Positions 27,323-40,876 of a stretch of DNA of 64,000 nt are shown here, one piece after another; positions within the stretch are counted from its first letter, which is position 1, and the number at the start of each line of letters is the position of its first letter. Source of the DNA: Mobula hypostoma (Eukaryota); the NCBI RefSeq assembly GCF_963921235.1, contig NC_086118.1, forward strand, positions 23,252,001 to 23,316,000, in the 5' to 3' direction. Position numbers and translations under genes: made by a program. The notes under the pieces are model-generated. The model made no database searches and was not told where the DNA came from. It worked only from the letters and a program-made list of their open reading frames with translations.

Positions 27323-28201
27323 AACATACACACAATGCTGTAAGAAGTCAGCAGCCAAGCAGCATCAGTGGAAAAGATTAAACAGTCGATTTCGGGCTAA
27401 GGCCCTTCATTAGGACCGGATGTGCATGAATGTCATAGAATGAACTTGGTACTTAATCTAGTGGATAAAGGAATCATTTATAGCCTAGTAAGTCTTTGGT
27501 GTCCTGATGAAGGGTCTCAGCCCAAAACGACGACTCTTTACTCTTTTCCTAGATGCTGCCTGACCTGCTGAGTTCCTCCAGCATTTGAATTGAACTGAAT
27601 TTATTTAAATCTTACATCCATCCCCCAACTTGTAGGAGTAAAAATCTTTGTGTTATGACTCTGTCACAATGTACAGACGAGTGAATTTATATGTCTGATG
27701 ACTTGTAGAAGGAAGCTGTCCTGTAGCCTATTGGTCCTGGCTTAAATGCTGCAGGACCGTTTGACAGACGGAAACAGCTGAAACAGTTTATCATTGAGGT
27801 GATTGGTGTCCCTCATGATCTTCCAGGCCTCCTTTATGCACCTGCTGCTGTGAATATCCTCAATGGAGGGAAGTTCACATCCACAGATGTGCTGAGCTGT
27901 TCGTACCACTCTCTGCAGTGCCCAGCGATCAAGGTTGGTGCACATTCCATACCGGGGGTGATACAGCCATCAGTATGCTTTCAATGGTGTCCCTGTAGAA
28001 GGTCTTGAGGATATGAGGGCTCATGCTGAACTTCTTCAGTCACCTGAGGTGGAAGAGACGCTGTTGAGCTTTTTTTTGCTACACAGTACGTGTGTACTGT
28101 CAAGGTGAGATCTTCAGTGATGTGTATACTGAGGAACTTGAAACTACTCACTTTGTGTGCGTTGCTTGCATTTCCAGCATCTACAGATTTTCTCATGTTT
28201 G
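27323..28201. mobile_element. Composite PLE-derived insertion (inverted piece, spacer, forward piece) later interrupted by Rex1
   Basis: Flanked by agcttctcccaagt (27309-22) and agcttctcctaagt (28202-15). Minus-strand piece at 27323-27417; plus-strand piece at about 27500-27587, resuming at about 28152-28201. Confidence 0.75.
27588..28151 (-). mobile_element. Rex1/Babar LINE 3' fragment
   Basis: ORFs 27742..27945 and 27981..28196 (SSFKFL.IHITEDLT, LQRVVRTAQHICGCELP); same subfamily as 38306-39505. Confidence 0.88.
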
Positions 28202-29477
28202 AGCTTCTCCTAAGTTGAGGTTTTGTGCACTATTCAGGTCCTCTTTAAACAGTACAGTCTCTGAAGCATTGGAGAAACCAAGATGTACACAATTCTCGTG
28301 GAAAACTGGGAATACTTGAGGAAGATGGCAATGTTTTTTATTGGTACCAAGAAAATTTAGGGGATGGATAAACTTAATTGTAATAAATTGCTTGACATTT
28401 CACCGATTATAGACATCGCTAAGAGTAGATTTCATGGTGATTGGATTAATGCTTCTTGACGTTGTGAATTTGGGGAACTAGATGACCAGAATAATCAAGG
28501 TAAAGAGATAGGCAAAGCAACAAAATAATTTGCTCCCCTAACAAAACATCACAACTGATATTTTTAAACAGTAATTAAATTTGTCAACTGACAGCCAAAA
28601 GTAGATATATTTACCTTATTTTATTTCAATAAATATAGTAAATGATTAGATTATGAGGACGCGAAGTCCTCTTTTATTGTCATTGATTAAGATTTCCAGC
28701 ATCTGTTTCACTGAAATGGCATTCAGAGATTTAATACTTCACAAGCTTTTATCTAATTCCTTCTGCTTTAGACTGCCTAATCTTGGAAAAGTTCATGATG
28801 AAGCAGTGAAATAAATAATGCAGAAAATGCACAAGGCATCATTTATCAACCAAGATAAGGGTAAAACCAAGACATTAGATTGAATTGCAGAAGTAATGAC
28901 GGATTTATCCAAGGTTAGGAACATATTAAAAGATTGCTTACAAATATCTTACTCCTCTTCCATTGCCCACATAATGCAGTCTTAAGTGCTTTGCATTTAC
29001 TGTTAATGGCACCAAGTTGTCTCTAATATTGATGACATCACAAAGGGCTTCTGATGTGAAAGCCAGTTTTTACAATAGATTAATAGCTACTGTCTCCAAC
29101 AATCTGATCATCAATTTGATTAATTATTTACTAATGCATTGTAAAGTTTATAGTGGTGCAGTAGTGCACAACTTAATCAAAACATTATTTTCTGTGCATG
29201 ATATCATTCAGAGAAATGCACGTTTAGTGATATCTCACAGGTACAAAGTCATAGGAACTTTTACTAGTGTCCTTACTCATATATCAGCTGATGCTATAAC
29301 CGTCAGCTGAAGACTTACTTGTGCTAGCTTTTTACATTGTTTGCGTTGTCCATCTCCTTGGAATATTTTGCCTCTTCAACAGGGATCCTTGCTAATTGTT
29401 TAGTCTGGTTCTAAAGTGCTATCAAGATAGCACCTTTACTCCCCCTTGAAGGAGAAAACTTACCTAGTAAGAGCGGA

Positions 29478-29740
29478 AAACATTTATATAGAACCTGTAA
29501 CACCTTCATAACACTAAAGAGCATCTTGCTGCTAATGAATTTTTTCTCCCACTTTTCCATCTACTTGCAAAGGTAAATAAGCAATTTAACATCTCTTCAA
29601 AAACATTATCAGCATCCCCAGCAGTACAGCACATCTTGGCGTTGTTGTTAAGTGTCAACTTGGATTAGGTAACCAAAAGTCTCCACTTGGCCTAAATTCA
29701 AAATATTTGAATTTCAGTTGAGTTCTATCACTCAGTCAGA
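29478..29740 (-). mobile_element. Ancient DeuSINE-like remnant
   Basis: atttatatag...caccttcataacac...gctaatgaa and aatttaacatctc...cagtacagcac...aagtgtcaac resemble the DeuSINE tail and core, from memory. Confidence 0.4.
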
Positions 29741-32700
29741 TCTAGAATATTAAATATGGGCACTTGGAAAAGAAAGCAGAAATCTGGACTAGATGTACCC
29801 TAGACTTGGTAGCAGAAAATCACAGTGGGGATTATTATCTGCACATTGTTAAAAAATCAGAATATGTAAGAAAATAGAATATTAATCTGTACAAACTACC
29901 GATTTATCTGTACAAATTATTAATAACTATGAATATAAATTGAAGTCCAGCATGCATTTTTTATAATAAGACTAAAGAGAATTGTACTTAAAGGCAGTGA
30001 GGATCTATTTTGTTTGCTAACTTACCATTTGTCTTCAGGTATATCTCGATCGCATACTGCATCTTCATAGTCCCCTAATATCACTCAACAGTTCTGTTAA
30101 TATTTCCAACATGTTTAATCAAATCGTAGCTTTTCTGCAAATATTCAAAAAGATGTTAAGATTTTTTCACGAGTATGATGTGCTATTTAAAGTAAGCGCT
30201 TTGATTGGAAGGGTAATTGCAGGTTTGTGTTACTCGGAAATTGTAATTTCTGTGTCAAGCAGCAGATACTTAGTATTAACTTTTTTTGTATATGTGATAT
30301 TGGACAGCTTTCATTCATGTAACATTTTTATTACATGAGTATACCTAAAGACGTGTTGCAAGTCTTAATTGATCCTGTTTATGCAGTTTGTAACTTTCTG
30401 ATTTACCTTTACTGAGACTATTTTCAGTTGATTCTTTGATCGTCTTTTCATTAGATGTTTATTTTGTCTTATCAGAATTAGATGATTACCGTGCATGATT
30501 CTTGCTTGGAGTCCATGTTGAAGGAGGCAAATCAACTTTTAATATTGTGTTCTTATCATCAGTAAAGGGTACAAGCAGACAACTGGTTCTCAGGCACTAT
30601 TAATATTGCTCTGCTGTTGTCTAACATTCGGAAAAGCAGCTGATGATTAGAAGATAAGGAAGAAAGTACAAAACTTGCTGGGTCCCATTTTGTGACACTG
30701 CTTATTAATTCTCTTTTGACTTAAGTTTTCAGTTTTCTTATCACACTCAATGTCTTAAATTTCCCTCTCACAATACACCTGTTCTTCCATATATCCTCAT
30801 TTTATTCCTGTTCAAAATAGTGTTACAAAATACAATTTGAGGAACTTTGTAATGTAAGGTTTTCTGGTACCTTAGAATTTCAATTGTTTAAGAAATGTGT
30901 TCTATAGGTAATTAGATTTGTTCTTCAGGAAAATAAGTGAAATGTCCTTTACTACTTAATGATAGCACTATTCTCCTCACTTAAATATTAATATATTTTT
31001 AAGGCTCTCCATCAAAGTGCTTTAAGGTTTCGTTTCTTTCTGTATTAACAAAGCAGAAGAACAGTTGTTAAAGATTAAATCAATTCGTAAGTATTGAATA
31101 TATTCACATATTGTCCTGTAATGGAGCAAAATATTCGGAGAATGGTGAGGTTTCTAGAATATCTTTATCATTCAAAATTGCATTTATACTCGGAGCTTAT
31201 TTTGAAATGATTAATTCATTTATAAATAAATTTTCAAACTACTCAAAAGAGACTATAATATGTGAACTGCCTTGTTCTCCACTGACATTCTGCTTTTCCC
31301 CAATTTTTAGACTCTGGGTTGTTAATCCATAAACTTGACCACTGTAGCATTACTGTGTGCTGAAAACTCTTGTTATGAAATTACTGTTGATGAAGGCTTT
31401 CCTGCTGGCATTCTTTTATTTTTGATCTTTTCTGTCAAAGGAACATCAGTTTATGAGTGTCTGTTAACTTTTTAACTTCCTTATTTATTGAGATTATGTG
31501 TACCCACAACTAACACCTCTTTAATTCTGAAAGTGAACACTCAGATGTAGATTGAGTGAGTTTTAAATACATTGAGGTATTAGGAAAAAACAACTTCTGC
31601 TAATAATAATAGGAAGGACTACAGAGTCAGAAAAATACTTTCAAGGTCCTTGTCATTGAATGAAGCTTCAAACAAACAAAATTCTGTTCTAGCTGTATCC
31701 AAAACAGTGTACACTGGAACTACTTTGATTCATTGGCTGTCGGGGGTAAACAGAACAGAGCAAAGAAAGCCGGACGTGTGTCTTGCTCCATGGGGCTAAA
31801 ACAAATGCTCTGTAGATTTGCACCTGGCGTCAGTTAAATAGCTGCAACCCACTCAGCAATTGTACAATGTTCTGGGTCAGTTACAAGAAAATACATAGCA
31901 TAGCAGCTCTTAAGTCTTTTTTATGCCATTGTACTAGATCAGCTGTCAAAATGTGTGCCTTTCTTGTGGGGGAATTTCCTCTAATATTTGGTCTTTGAAG
32001 TACTCAACCAGCTGTTTCAAGCACTGTTTAGACATATTGTATGTATGTCCATTTGTCCTTCAAATAATGTGCAAGTGTGTTGTAAGATGTTAATTCTAGC
32101 AAGAAAATAGACTAGTGAAACTTCCCAAAAAACTTGTATTCTGATAATACTTTTGATTGGAGCCAACCTGAATATGCACATGGAATCAGCATTGAAGTGG
32201 GTTGGTTACTGAGTATGTCACTTCACTTCAACTAAACATTACGAGCAATACATGATAAATTATATGAAATGATCAAATATCCAATTACCAGGACCCAGTT
32301 GGGTTTGCCTGGACCTTGAGATTAGCGTGCCTTTTAGGATTCGTTTAAAACCTATACAGTATTGCTAGTAGGATACACATTTTGTACACCCAACTGACCT
32401 GGCACAAGATCTTGAAAGGACAAGTGTGAAGGTTAAGTGCAGCCAAAGCCAAGCAGTATATGGTTTCAGTTTGGAAAGCAGATCTATTTCATTCTTGTCT
32501 GCACGCTTTATTTAAAAAATTGCATTTGGTGATTTGTTTGTGTTGGTCAAAGTAAATAATGGTAAAGATTGCAAACTGAATTGTTTAGAACATAAAGTGC
32601 TGAAGGTCCATTTTCCATTGTACCTCTGCTAGATCTTAGAAAGAATTTATAATAATTAAACTTAATTTTTAGTTGAACCAGAGCCCGTGCTCATGCATCC

Positions 32701-33057
32701 TTTACGGCTGACGTCAGTCTGAAAGTAATCTTGCTGGAATAGTCATTAATCTTAGCAAATTTCGAGAACTTTACATTTGCATTGTTAATTTTATTGCATG
32801 GGATTTTTTGGCCAGATGGCATAGTCAAAGAAGGTTCATATCATAATATAAAATCAGCCCCAACTTTGCTCAAATCCAGCTTTTCTCCAAGTGTTCATTT
32901 AACTCACAAACTCTCAACTGCACTATTTCACTATGCCGTGGGGATTTCTGTTACAGTGATTAAGTTATACTATTCAAATTACAAAATAACTGTGTTAGCC
33001 TTACAAAAAGTTGTTGCCTTAATTTTTTTTTAGCATTTCATCTAACCTGTTTATTAC

Positions 33058-33612
33058 AGAATCAGAATAAGGTTAATTATAATTGTCTTATATAACGTGA
33101 AATTTGCTGTTTTACAGCAGCAATACAGTGCAAAGATAAAATTGCTCTAAGTTACTGAGTAAATCGTGCAAAACAAAATGAGGTAGTGTTCATGAGTTCA
33201 TGGACTGTTTAGAAATCAGATGATGGAGGAGAACAAACTGTTCCTGAATCACTGAGATTGGTTTTCCAGGCACCTGTACATTCTACTTGTTGGTTGTATT
33301 AAGAAAGGGCATGTTCTGGATGGTGATGTTCCTTAATGATGGATGCTGCTTTCTGGAGGCACTGCCTCTTGAAGATCTGTTGGATGGTGAGGAGGGTTGT
33401 GCCTGTGATGGAGCTGATTGGGGCTACAACCCTCTGCAGCCTCTTGCAATCCTGTGCATTGAAGCCTCCATATCAGACGGTGATGCACCCAGTCAGAATG
33501 TTCTCCACTGTATGTCTATAGAAATATGCAAAATTCTTTTGTGACATGAAATTTCCTCAAACTCCTAATAAAGTAGAGCTGCTGGTGTACCTCCTTTGTG
33601 ATTGCATCAATG
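33058..33612 (-). mobile_element. Rex1/Babar LINE 3' fragment
   Basis: Colinear with 21051-21665 (agaatcagaat tail, tgaggtagtgttcatg, ttcctgaat, tccttaatgatggatgc). Confidence 0.85.
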
Positions 33613-34301
33613 TCCCCCTGCCTAATTGTAACTGATATTTATTTATTTTATGAATGACATTTATTTCCATCAAGTTTGGTTGATTTTAATTATGATGGTA
33701 TTTTCTGAGGTGATGGGCTTAGTGTGTAGTAAAAATAGAAGATGATGGGATTGAATTTCTTCCACAACTATCGATACAGATGTAACACCATGGACAAAAT
33801 ATCATTAATTTTGGGCCAACTTTATCAATGGTGAATGTCTTGTGTTTCTTCCAATAAATTTGCTATTATATTTCTTGCTTGATTTGCACTGAGAACAATG
33901 GATAATGCTTTACACCATCGTGAATCCTGTTCAAATCCCCTTTATTAGTCCACCTTGGACACTCCAGCAAGTGATAACTTGTGAGGGATATAACAGAGAA
34001 GGGAATATAAAAGTCACATTATTTTCCTTAATATGATTTTCATGTACTGTTGGAATGTGTTACATAATAATTCTGGATTTCTTGTGGTTCTTCAAACTGG
34101 AGGTCAATGGAAAAGTGCCCCTAGTTTGTCAGTGTCTTTACTTCTGTAAAAGCTTATGTAATATGAAAATATTACTCCATATTCTATTATTGTGCATGAT
34201 TTCAGCTTTAGTTTATGGATGTGTTCTGAAAATTGATGGTTTCAGAACATTTTAATCTTCTTTATTAGATACAAAATGATTTTATAGGATTTATACTCTG
34301 A

Positions 34302-34442
<141 letters not shown>

Positions 34443-34769
34443 TAACAATTTCAGCAGATTTTTTTTAAAGGATTTGTAGATTTGGAAATGGTTTTGTTCC
34501 ATGTCATAGGCTAACTGTACAGTATGATAATGCATAATATGATAATGCAAACTATGAAACTAAGGAGCTTTGGTCTCTTTTGCATGTTGTTGCAAACAGC
34601 ATGGAGGTAGAAAAAAATAGAAGATTGCTTTAGTTGTCTCTGAACAACCTCCATATAGCATTAAGTTCAGCAATTTCATGTAATGAGAATTCAGTAATTC
34701 TATGTAATGAAACATTTTCTGGTGTTAAAGTTATCTGCTCTAATAGTAGGTGTTTAGAATATTTTGTTT

Positions 34770-35360
34770 TTGATGAGAAATTAAGAGCTGTAAAGAAGCT
34801 AAGAGATATTTAGTTGTGAACAGATCACTAAAAGCTACCCTACAGGCACAAAAACTAATCAGAAAGGCTCATGTACCGTTGGCCTTTCTTTGAAAGGGGT
34901 TGGATACGAAAGAGACTAGGTTATTCTCTAGCTCTACAGAGAATGGTTGAATTGCCTCCGGAACAATTCTGTTCACTTTAAGACATTATGCTCCTCAAAT
35001 GCTAATAATGCAGAACTTTACTCAATAATATCAAAATTTAAATGATTTGATTTTGAAGACAGATTAAATAGACTTGGCTTGCATTGTCATGAGTTTAGCA
35101 AGTATCTATCTAATTGAGATGTTTAAATTAAATTGATATAGTCAAATAAATCCAGAGAAACTAAATCTTTAGTGAGGATTGCAGTACAAAAATCCTCACT
35201 ATAGACCCTCAAGAGAAGATAATAAAATGACTGCTGGATTATGTAGAGATGGAATTATTTCTTTAAAAAGTGATATTTAGAACTCGTTTCCTCCACACCC
35301 AAAAATGATAGGGTACTGAAATATTTTCAAGAGTTAGATAACATCTTTTTTGGATAACCT
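34770..35360 (+). mobile_element. Highly degraded CR1 fragment
   Basis: Residual similarity to the CR1 ORF2 3' region (gttggcctttctt...aggggttggatac; agacttggcttgcatt...gagttt). Confidence 0.4.
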
Positions 35361-36754
35361 TATCAAAGGATATTTGCCTGGAAATCCATCCCTGACTGAC
35401 ATTGCTAAACTTGCTATATTGCAGCAGTGCTGTATTATATTGCGCCTCCCAGGCTTGCGGCAATTGACTTCATAGACCTAAGTTTCTGAGGCAGGAGTAT
35501 AACATGCCTCCAATCCTACACTACACTGACAGTATGAACCAGGATAATTTCTTTTTGGCAATAGATTTGGTGGAAAAAATGCAACTAATAGGAGCATTAA
35601 CCTCCCACTGCATATTCATGTCTCCTGCTCCACATAATGTTTCTAAAGCTACTTATTCCCCACAGAGCAATTTAAAGTATTGGTTTCAAGTCTCTCCCAT
35701 TATAGGGGAAAAACAATCAATTAAATAGTTAATGAAGTGCCATTCTTCTGTTAAAGTGCAGACTGGGCTAGATTTTTAAAATCATTGACATGACACTATC
35801 CTGGATATTCAGATGAAAGAGTTCAGTGTGAATTCTTTTTGTACATTCACTGAATGTGCCTTGTGATTTTGATAATATTCACAAAGTTTTAAATATTGCA
35901 TATAGAAAATTTCAGATTTGGAACTGCTGACACGAATTACATCTGTCTGCCTGCTTTTGGAATTTAAGATAAGCATACTAATAAACCACTAATGTGTTGA
36001 ATTGCACATTAGTAAGAAAAGCATACAGTGGTATAGTTCCATAAAATTAACTCAGCTTGACCTCTGAAAGAAGATGAGAGCTGCACTGGAGACAGCTCCA
36101 TTAGGAGACCATCTTTCTTCTCAGCTCCTCAACAAAAACAGATGGAGCCTTCATTTAGCAAATTGCACCATGACTCCAGGTTTACAGATGAGCATCTGGG
36201 ATGTTTCCTCGCTCAGTGTGAGGTATAACATAGACAAATCTATCAAGTCTTCAAGGTTGCAATTAATGAGTTGGAAATCTGCATTGTACACCTCTGGATG
36301 CATTCTTCTTCTCCCCACCCCCACCAGCCTTTGGAAAAAAACACGAAAGAATGCCTTGAAATGTGAAGAGTCATTAGCATGCGTGCAAGATTAATGTGTG
36401 GTTTTGAGAGCACTGGAACTTAACATCATGATGCCTTAGTTTTTTATATTTTTGATACAGAAGCACAATAGTAAGACACAGTATACACACCTATTCAGCT
36501 TATTTGTTAATGTCTTAATTGATTTTTATTTTGTGGGTGGTCAAAATAATGTATTAAGTGTTTGTTCCTCTGCTTCTCAATTTACTTCACTGGGAAAAGT
36601 AAAGAAGTCAAAGAGCTACCAAGTAAAACATGCTCAAAAAAACTCAGGTTCATTGTAAATAATGTAACCTTTTTCCCAGTACTTCCACTTCAGTTCACCT
36701 TTCGTAAGACAGCAAAAGAAAGTCTTATTTCGTGCATCTGAAGTTTTCCAAGTA

Positions 36755-38065
36755 CAGTGAATTCCAGATAATTGGGCCATCAGTTAATCAGGGCAGCCGC
36801 TTATTCTGGACAATTTATAAAGAACAAAAACTAATCAAGAAAATAGCTGGTATTCCCTTTGTTTATTTGGGACCCCATGCCACTTAATTGGGGCAGGAGA
36901 CTGTTGCCGAACAGTTTCAAGCTGTCATTAGTCACGGGTGCTTGTGTGGCTGTTAGACACTATACTGTGCTTAGAGCAAACAATTTTTAAATAGTGTCAG
37001 TTCTGTGTGTTTGTGTTATGGTATCTGTTTTGGGCCGATGAACACCGATTCAAAAACCAGTGACTTCTGATAATTTAGTTTTTTATTTTCACTTTAAAAA
37101 TTTTCAGACCCTTGCCAAGGTGCCACATAAAGATTTGACACTAGCCGAGAAAATGATCCTACTGGACCAAATTAAAAGCCATCCGCCTAACACCACTTAT
37201 TGTCAACTGGCAGAGATAACTGGAATGCTGAAATCTACAATTACACGCTTGATACCTCTGCAAGATAAACTGCGAGAATAATGGGGATTATGTGAGGGAT
37301 AACGTAGAACTTCCCAAAATTGAAAGCATGAAGGTAAGGATCTGGATGTTGAAGAGGACCTCAGTCAATGGTTTTCCACTGTAACTGGATGATGTGTGCA
37401 TGTCAGTGGACCAACGCTTAAAAGAAAACCCAACTCATAGGAGCTAACTAAGAAGCTGGTCACGAAGATTTTAAAGCAATGGATGGTTGGTTCTCTCCTT
37501 GGAAATGTTGACACTACATGAAATTCAAGAAAGTATACGGTGAGAAGGGTGGTGCTGATGTTGTCAATGGAGAAACATGGAAATCTACAAAACTCCCTTA
37601 CTTGCTTCAAAATTTTGTGCAAATAATATCTACAATGCCGATGAAACAGGCCTGTTTTTTATCGTGCCACGCCGAATGGTTACCTTGGCTACAAACATGC
37701 AACACTATCAGGTTCAAAGAAAACAATGATCGCATAATGGATCAATTTTCTGCACTAAGCATCCACACTGAATTTGTTCATTTACGGTCAATCAAAAGAA
37801 CATGGCAGTGTACACTGGATGAATTCCTCCATTGATAAATTTTAGGAATGAATACATAGTTTTTTTTGGTACTGTAGTAATATTAGCAGCGTTCTGATTT
37901 TTTTCTGTATTTCATTTAAATATGTAGTTTGTTACCCAGTTAAACGGTAGATTATCTTTTTTAAACCTTTTAACTATTTCAATGAAACTTCACTAATTGG
38001 AGCAGCTGCTTAATTGGACCAAAATGTACTGGTCCTGATGTGTCCCGATTAATTGGAATCCACTG
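36755..38065 (+). mobile_element. Tigger/pogo-family DNA transposon, internally deleted
   Basis: TA-flanked TIRs cagtgaattccagataattggg / cccgattaattggaatccactg. Fragments KDLTLAEKMILLDQIK (CENP-B-type HTH), KFKKVYGE and atctacaatgccgatgaaacaggcctg (IYNADETGL). Confidence 0.88.
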
Positions 38066-38305
38066 TAACTTTTGCTCAACTTAAGACAGAAAAACAAGTG
38101 CAAGCTGGAATTGACTCACAGTTCAGTTTTCTCACTTCTCCTTTGCCTCAGGTTTCTGTAGGACCTTTTCAACACAGCTCAATTTACCAACTGTAAAAAT
38201 TGGAATCCAGATATTTATCCACTCATTTGTAGAAACTAATATTAATCCTTTGTTTTCTTCAGTAAAGGTCATTAAATATATATATAATAAATGTTAAATC
38301 CTAAA

Positions 38306-39505
38306 ACCCCCTACAATTCTCCTACCGACATAACCAATCGACAGATGACGCAATAGCCACTGCTCTACATAACCTCCTTACACATCTGGAGAAGAAGGAT
38401 GCTTATGTGAGAATGCTGTTCTTGGACTACAGTTCAGCCTTCAACACCATAATTCCATCCAGGCTCGACAAGAAACTCAGAGACCTCGGCCTTGACCCTG
38501 CCTTGTGCAGCTGCATCCTGGATTTCCTGTCAGATTGCCAGCAGGTTGTAAGAATGGGCTCCGTCACGTCCAACGCTCTGACTCTCAGTACAGGAGCCCC
38601 TCAGGGCTGCGTACTGAGTCCTTTACTCCCTGTTTACTCCATGACTGTATTGCCACCCACAGCTCCAATCTGCTAATTAAATTTGCCAACGACACTATAT
38701 TAATTGGCCTTGTCTCAAACAATAATGAGGTGGCCTACAAGGGAAGAAGTTATCTGTCTGACACAGTAATGTCAAGAAAACAACCTCTCCCTCAATGTCG
38801 CAAAAACAAAGGAGCTGGTTATGGATTACAGGAGGAATGGAGACATCTAACCCCTATTGACATCAATGGATTTGGGGTTGAGAGGGCAAACAGCTTCAAG
38901 TTCCTCGGCATCCATTTCACCGGGGACCTCACATGGGCTGCACACACAAGCTGTGTGGTGAAAAAGGCACAACAGCATCTCTTTCACCTCAGACAGTTGA
39001 GCAAGTTTGGTTTGGGCCCCCAAATCCTAAGAACTTTCTACCCGAGCACAATTGAGAGCATCCTGACTGGCTGCATTACTGCCTGGTATAGGAACTGTAC
39101 CTCCCTTAATCACAGGAGTCTGCAAAGAGTGGTGCGGACAGCCCAGCACATCTATAGTTGTGAACTTCCCATGATTCAGGACATTTACAAGGACAGGTGT
39201 GTAAAAAGGGCCCATAGGATCATTAGTGACCCAAGCCATCCCAACCACAATCTACTCCAGCTCCTACCATCCAGGAAGCGGTACAGTAGCATAAAAGCCA
39301 GGACCAACAGGCTCTAGGACAGCTTCTTCCACCAGGCCATCAGACTGATGAACTCACGCTGATTTGAGTGAACTCTATATTACATTGACTGGTCTATTTA
39401 TTATAAATTACTATGATTGCACATGGCACATTCAGATGGCGACGTAACATAAAGATTTTTACTCCTCATGTATGTGAAGGATGTAAGAAATAAAGTCAAT
39501 TCAAT
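38306..39505 (+). mobile_element. Rex1/Babar LINE, 5'-truncated, frameshifted RT plus 3' UTR
   Basis: [46 protein letters not shown] and IESILTGCITAWY motifs; (tcaat) tail. Confidence 0.93.
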
Positions 39506-39642
39506 AATACAGTCTAATAGGACCTTCACCTCATTTTGATAACAAACTTCACTTAGTACTAGAGAGAAGCGGGATGGGATCTTTCGGAGGGAATTCCTGT
39601 ACTAATTCCATACAGATGTTTTGGAACTTCAACAATGATATA

Positions 39643-40198
39643 CACTCTGTGGCCACTTTATAAGGTACCTCCTGTACCTAATTAAGTGGCCACTGAGTGT
39701 ATGTTTATGGTCTTCTGCAGCTGTAGCCCAACCTCTCTAAGGTTCGCTGTGTCGTGCATTCCAGGATGCTTTTCTGCATACTGTACAACTATTATAATTT
39801 GAGTTACTGTCGCCTTCCTGTCATCTTGAACCAATCTGGTCATTCTCCTCTGGTCTCTCTCATTAATAAAGCACTTTCACTCACAGAATATCCATGCACT
39901 GAATGTTTTATTCCTTTCTCACTTTTCTTTGTAAACTCCAGAGACTGGTGCATGTGAAAATCCCAGAAGATCAACAGTTTCTGAGATACTCAAATCACCC
40001 CGTCTGACAACAAAAGTCATTTCACAGTCAGTGTCACTTAGATCACATTTCTTCGCCATTCTGATATTTAGGCTGATCACCAACTGAACTTCTTGACTAT
40101 GTCTGTATGCTTTTATGCATTGAATTGCTGCCACGTGATAGGCTGAGTAGATATTTGCATTAACAAGCAGGTGTACCTAATAAAGTGGCCACTGAATG
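39643..40198 (-). mobile_element. Tc1-family MITE, copy B, with transposase N-terminal remnant
   Basis: TA-flanked TIRs; ORF 39919..40134 contains MAKKCDLSD...SISETVDLLGFS..VS.VY.E (Tc1 HTH). Confidence 0.88.
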
Positions 40199-40529
40199 TA
40201 AATATGAATTATAATTGCTTTGCATCAAAGCTATACTTTTAGAATAAATGCATCTTAAAATGCCCAAACATAATACACAACTCTTCTGTTTTTTATTTAG
40301 TTAAATTTTGCGGACTTATTTGGAGAACAGCCATTGGTGCATTATTATTCAGTGCGTACAGTAGTTATTGGCTGTGTTTGACTATGAGATAGGTTAGATT
40401 GAAGGTCATTTTTCAGGATGGAGGAAAGCATGCAGTGCCCCACAGTTTGGTTTTTGGATTACTGTTTTTCTCAAAAAATAAATTAAGGACTTAATGTAAA
40501 GGACAGTATTTCAAAGCTTAGAAAGAAAG

Positions 40530-40748
40530 TAGTCTGTATGTCCTCCCCATACGATGTGTGGGCTTTCCGCTGGTACTTCTGTTTCGTTCTACAGTCCAAA
40601 CTCACACCTGTGGTGGGGTAATTGGTCATTGTAAGTTGTCCTATGATTATGATAAGGTTAAAGTAGGGTTGTTGGGGGTTGCTGGGCGGTACACCTCAAA
40701 GGGCTATAAACCCTACTCTGCTCTGACTAACAATAAATTAAATAAAGT
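40530..40748 (+). mobile_element. V-SINE-like fragment
   Basis: tgtatgtcctcccc...gtgggctttcc...tacagtccaaa...taattggtcattgtaagttgtcc resembles the V-SINE central domain; (taaa) tail. Confidence 0.55.
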
Positions 40749-40876
40749 AATCATTGAAGAGAATGATGGTAGAATTCAAAAGATTGAATGAGGTTAGTGT
40801 GTGTAATTAAGACCACAGTTAATTAAGATTGATCAGACTGCAATTGAAGTAATGTGAGTAATTTTGGTTGCTTATA

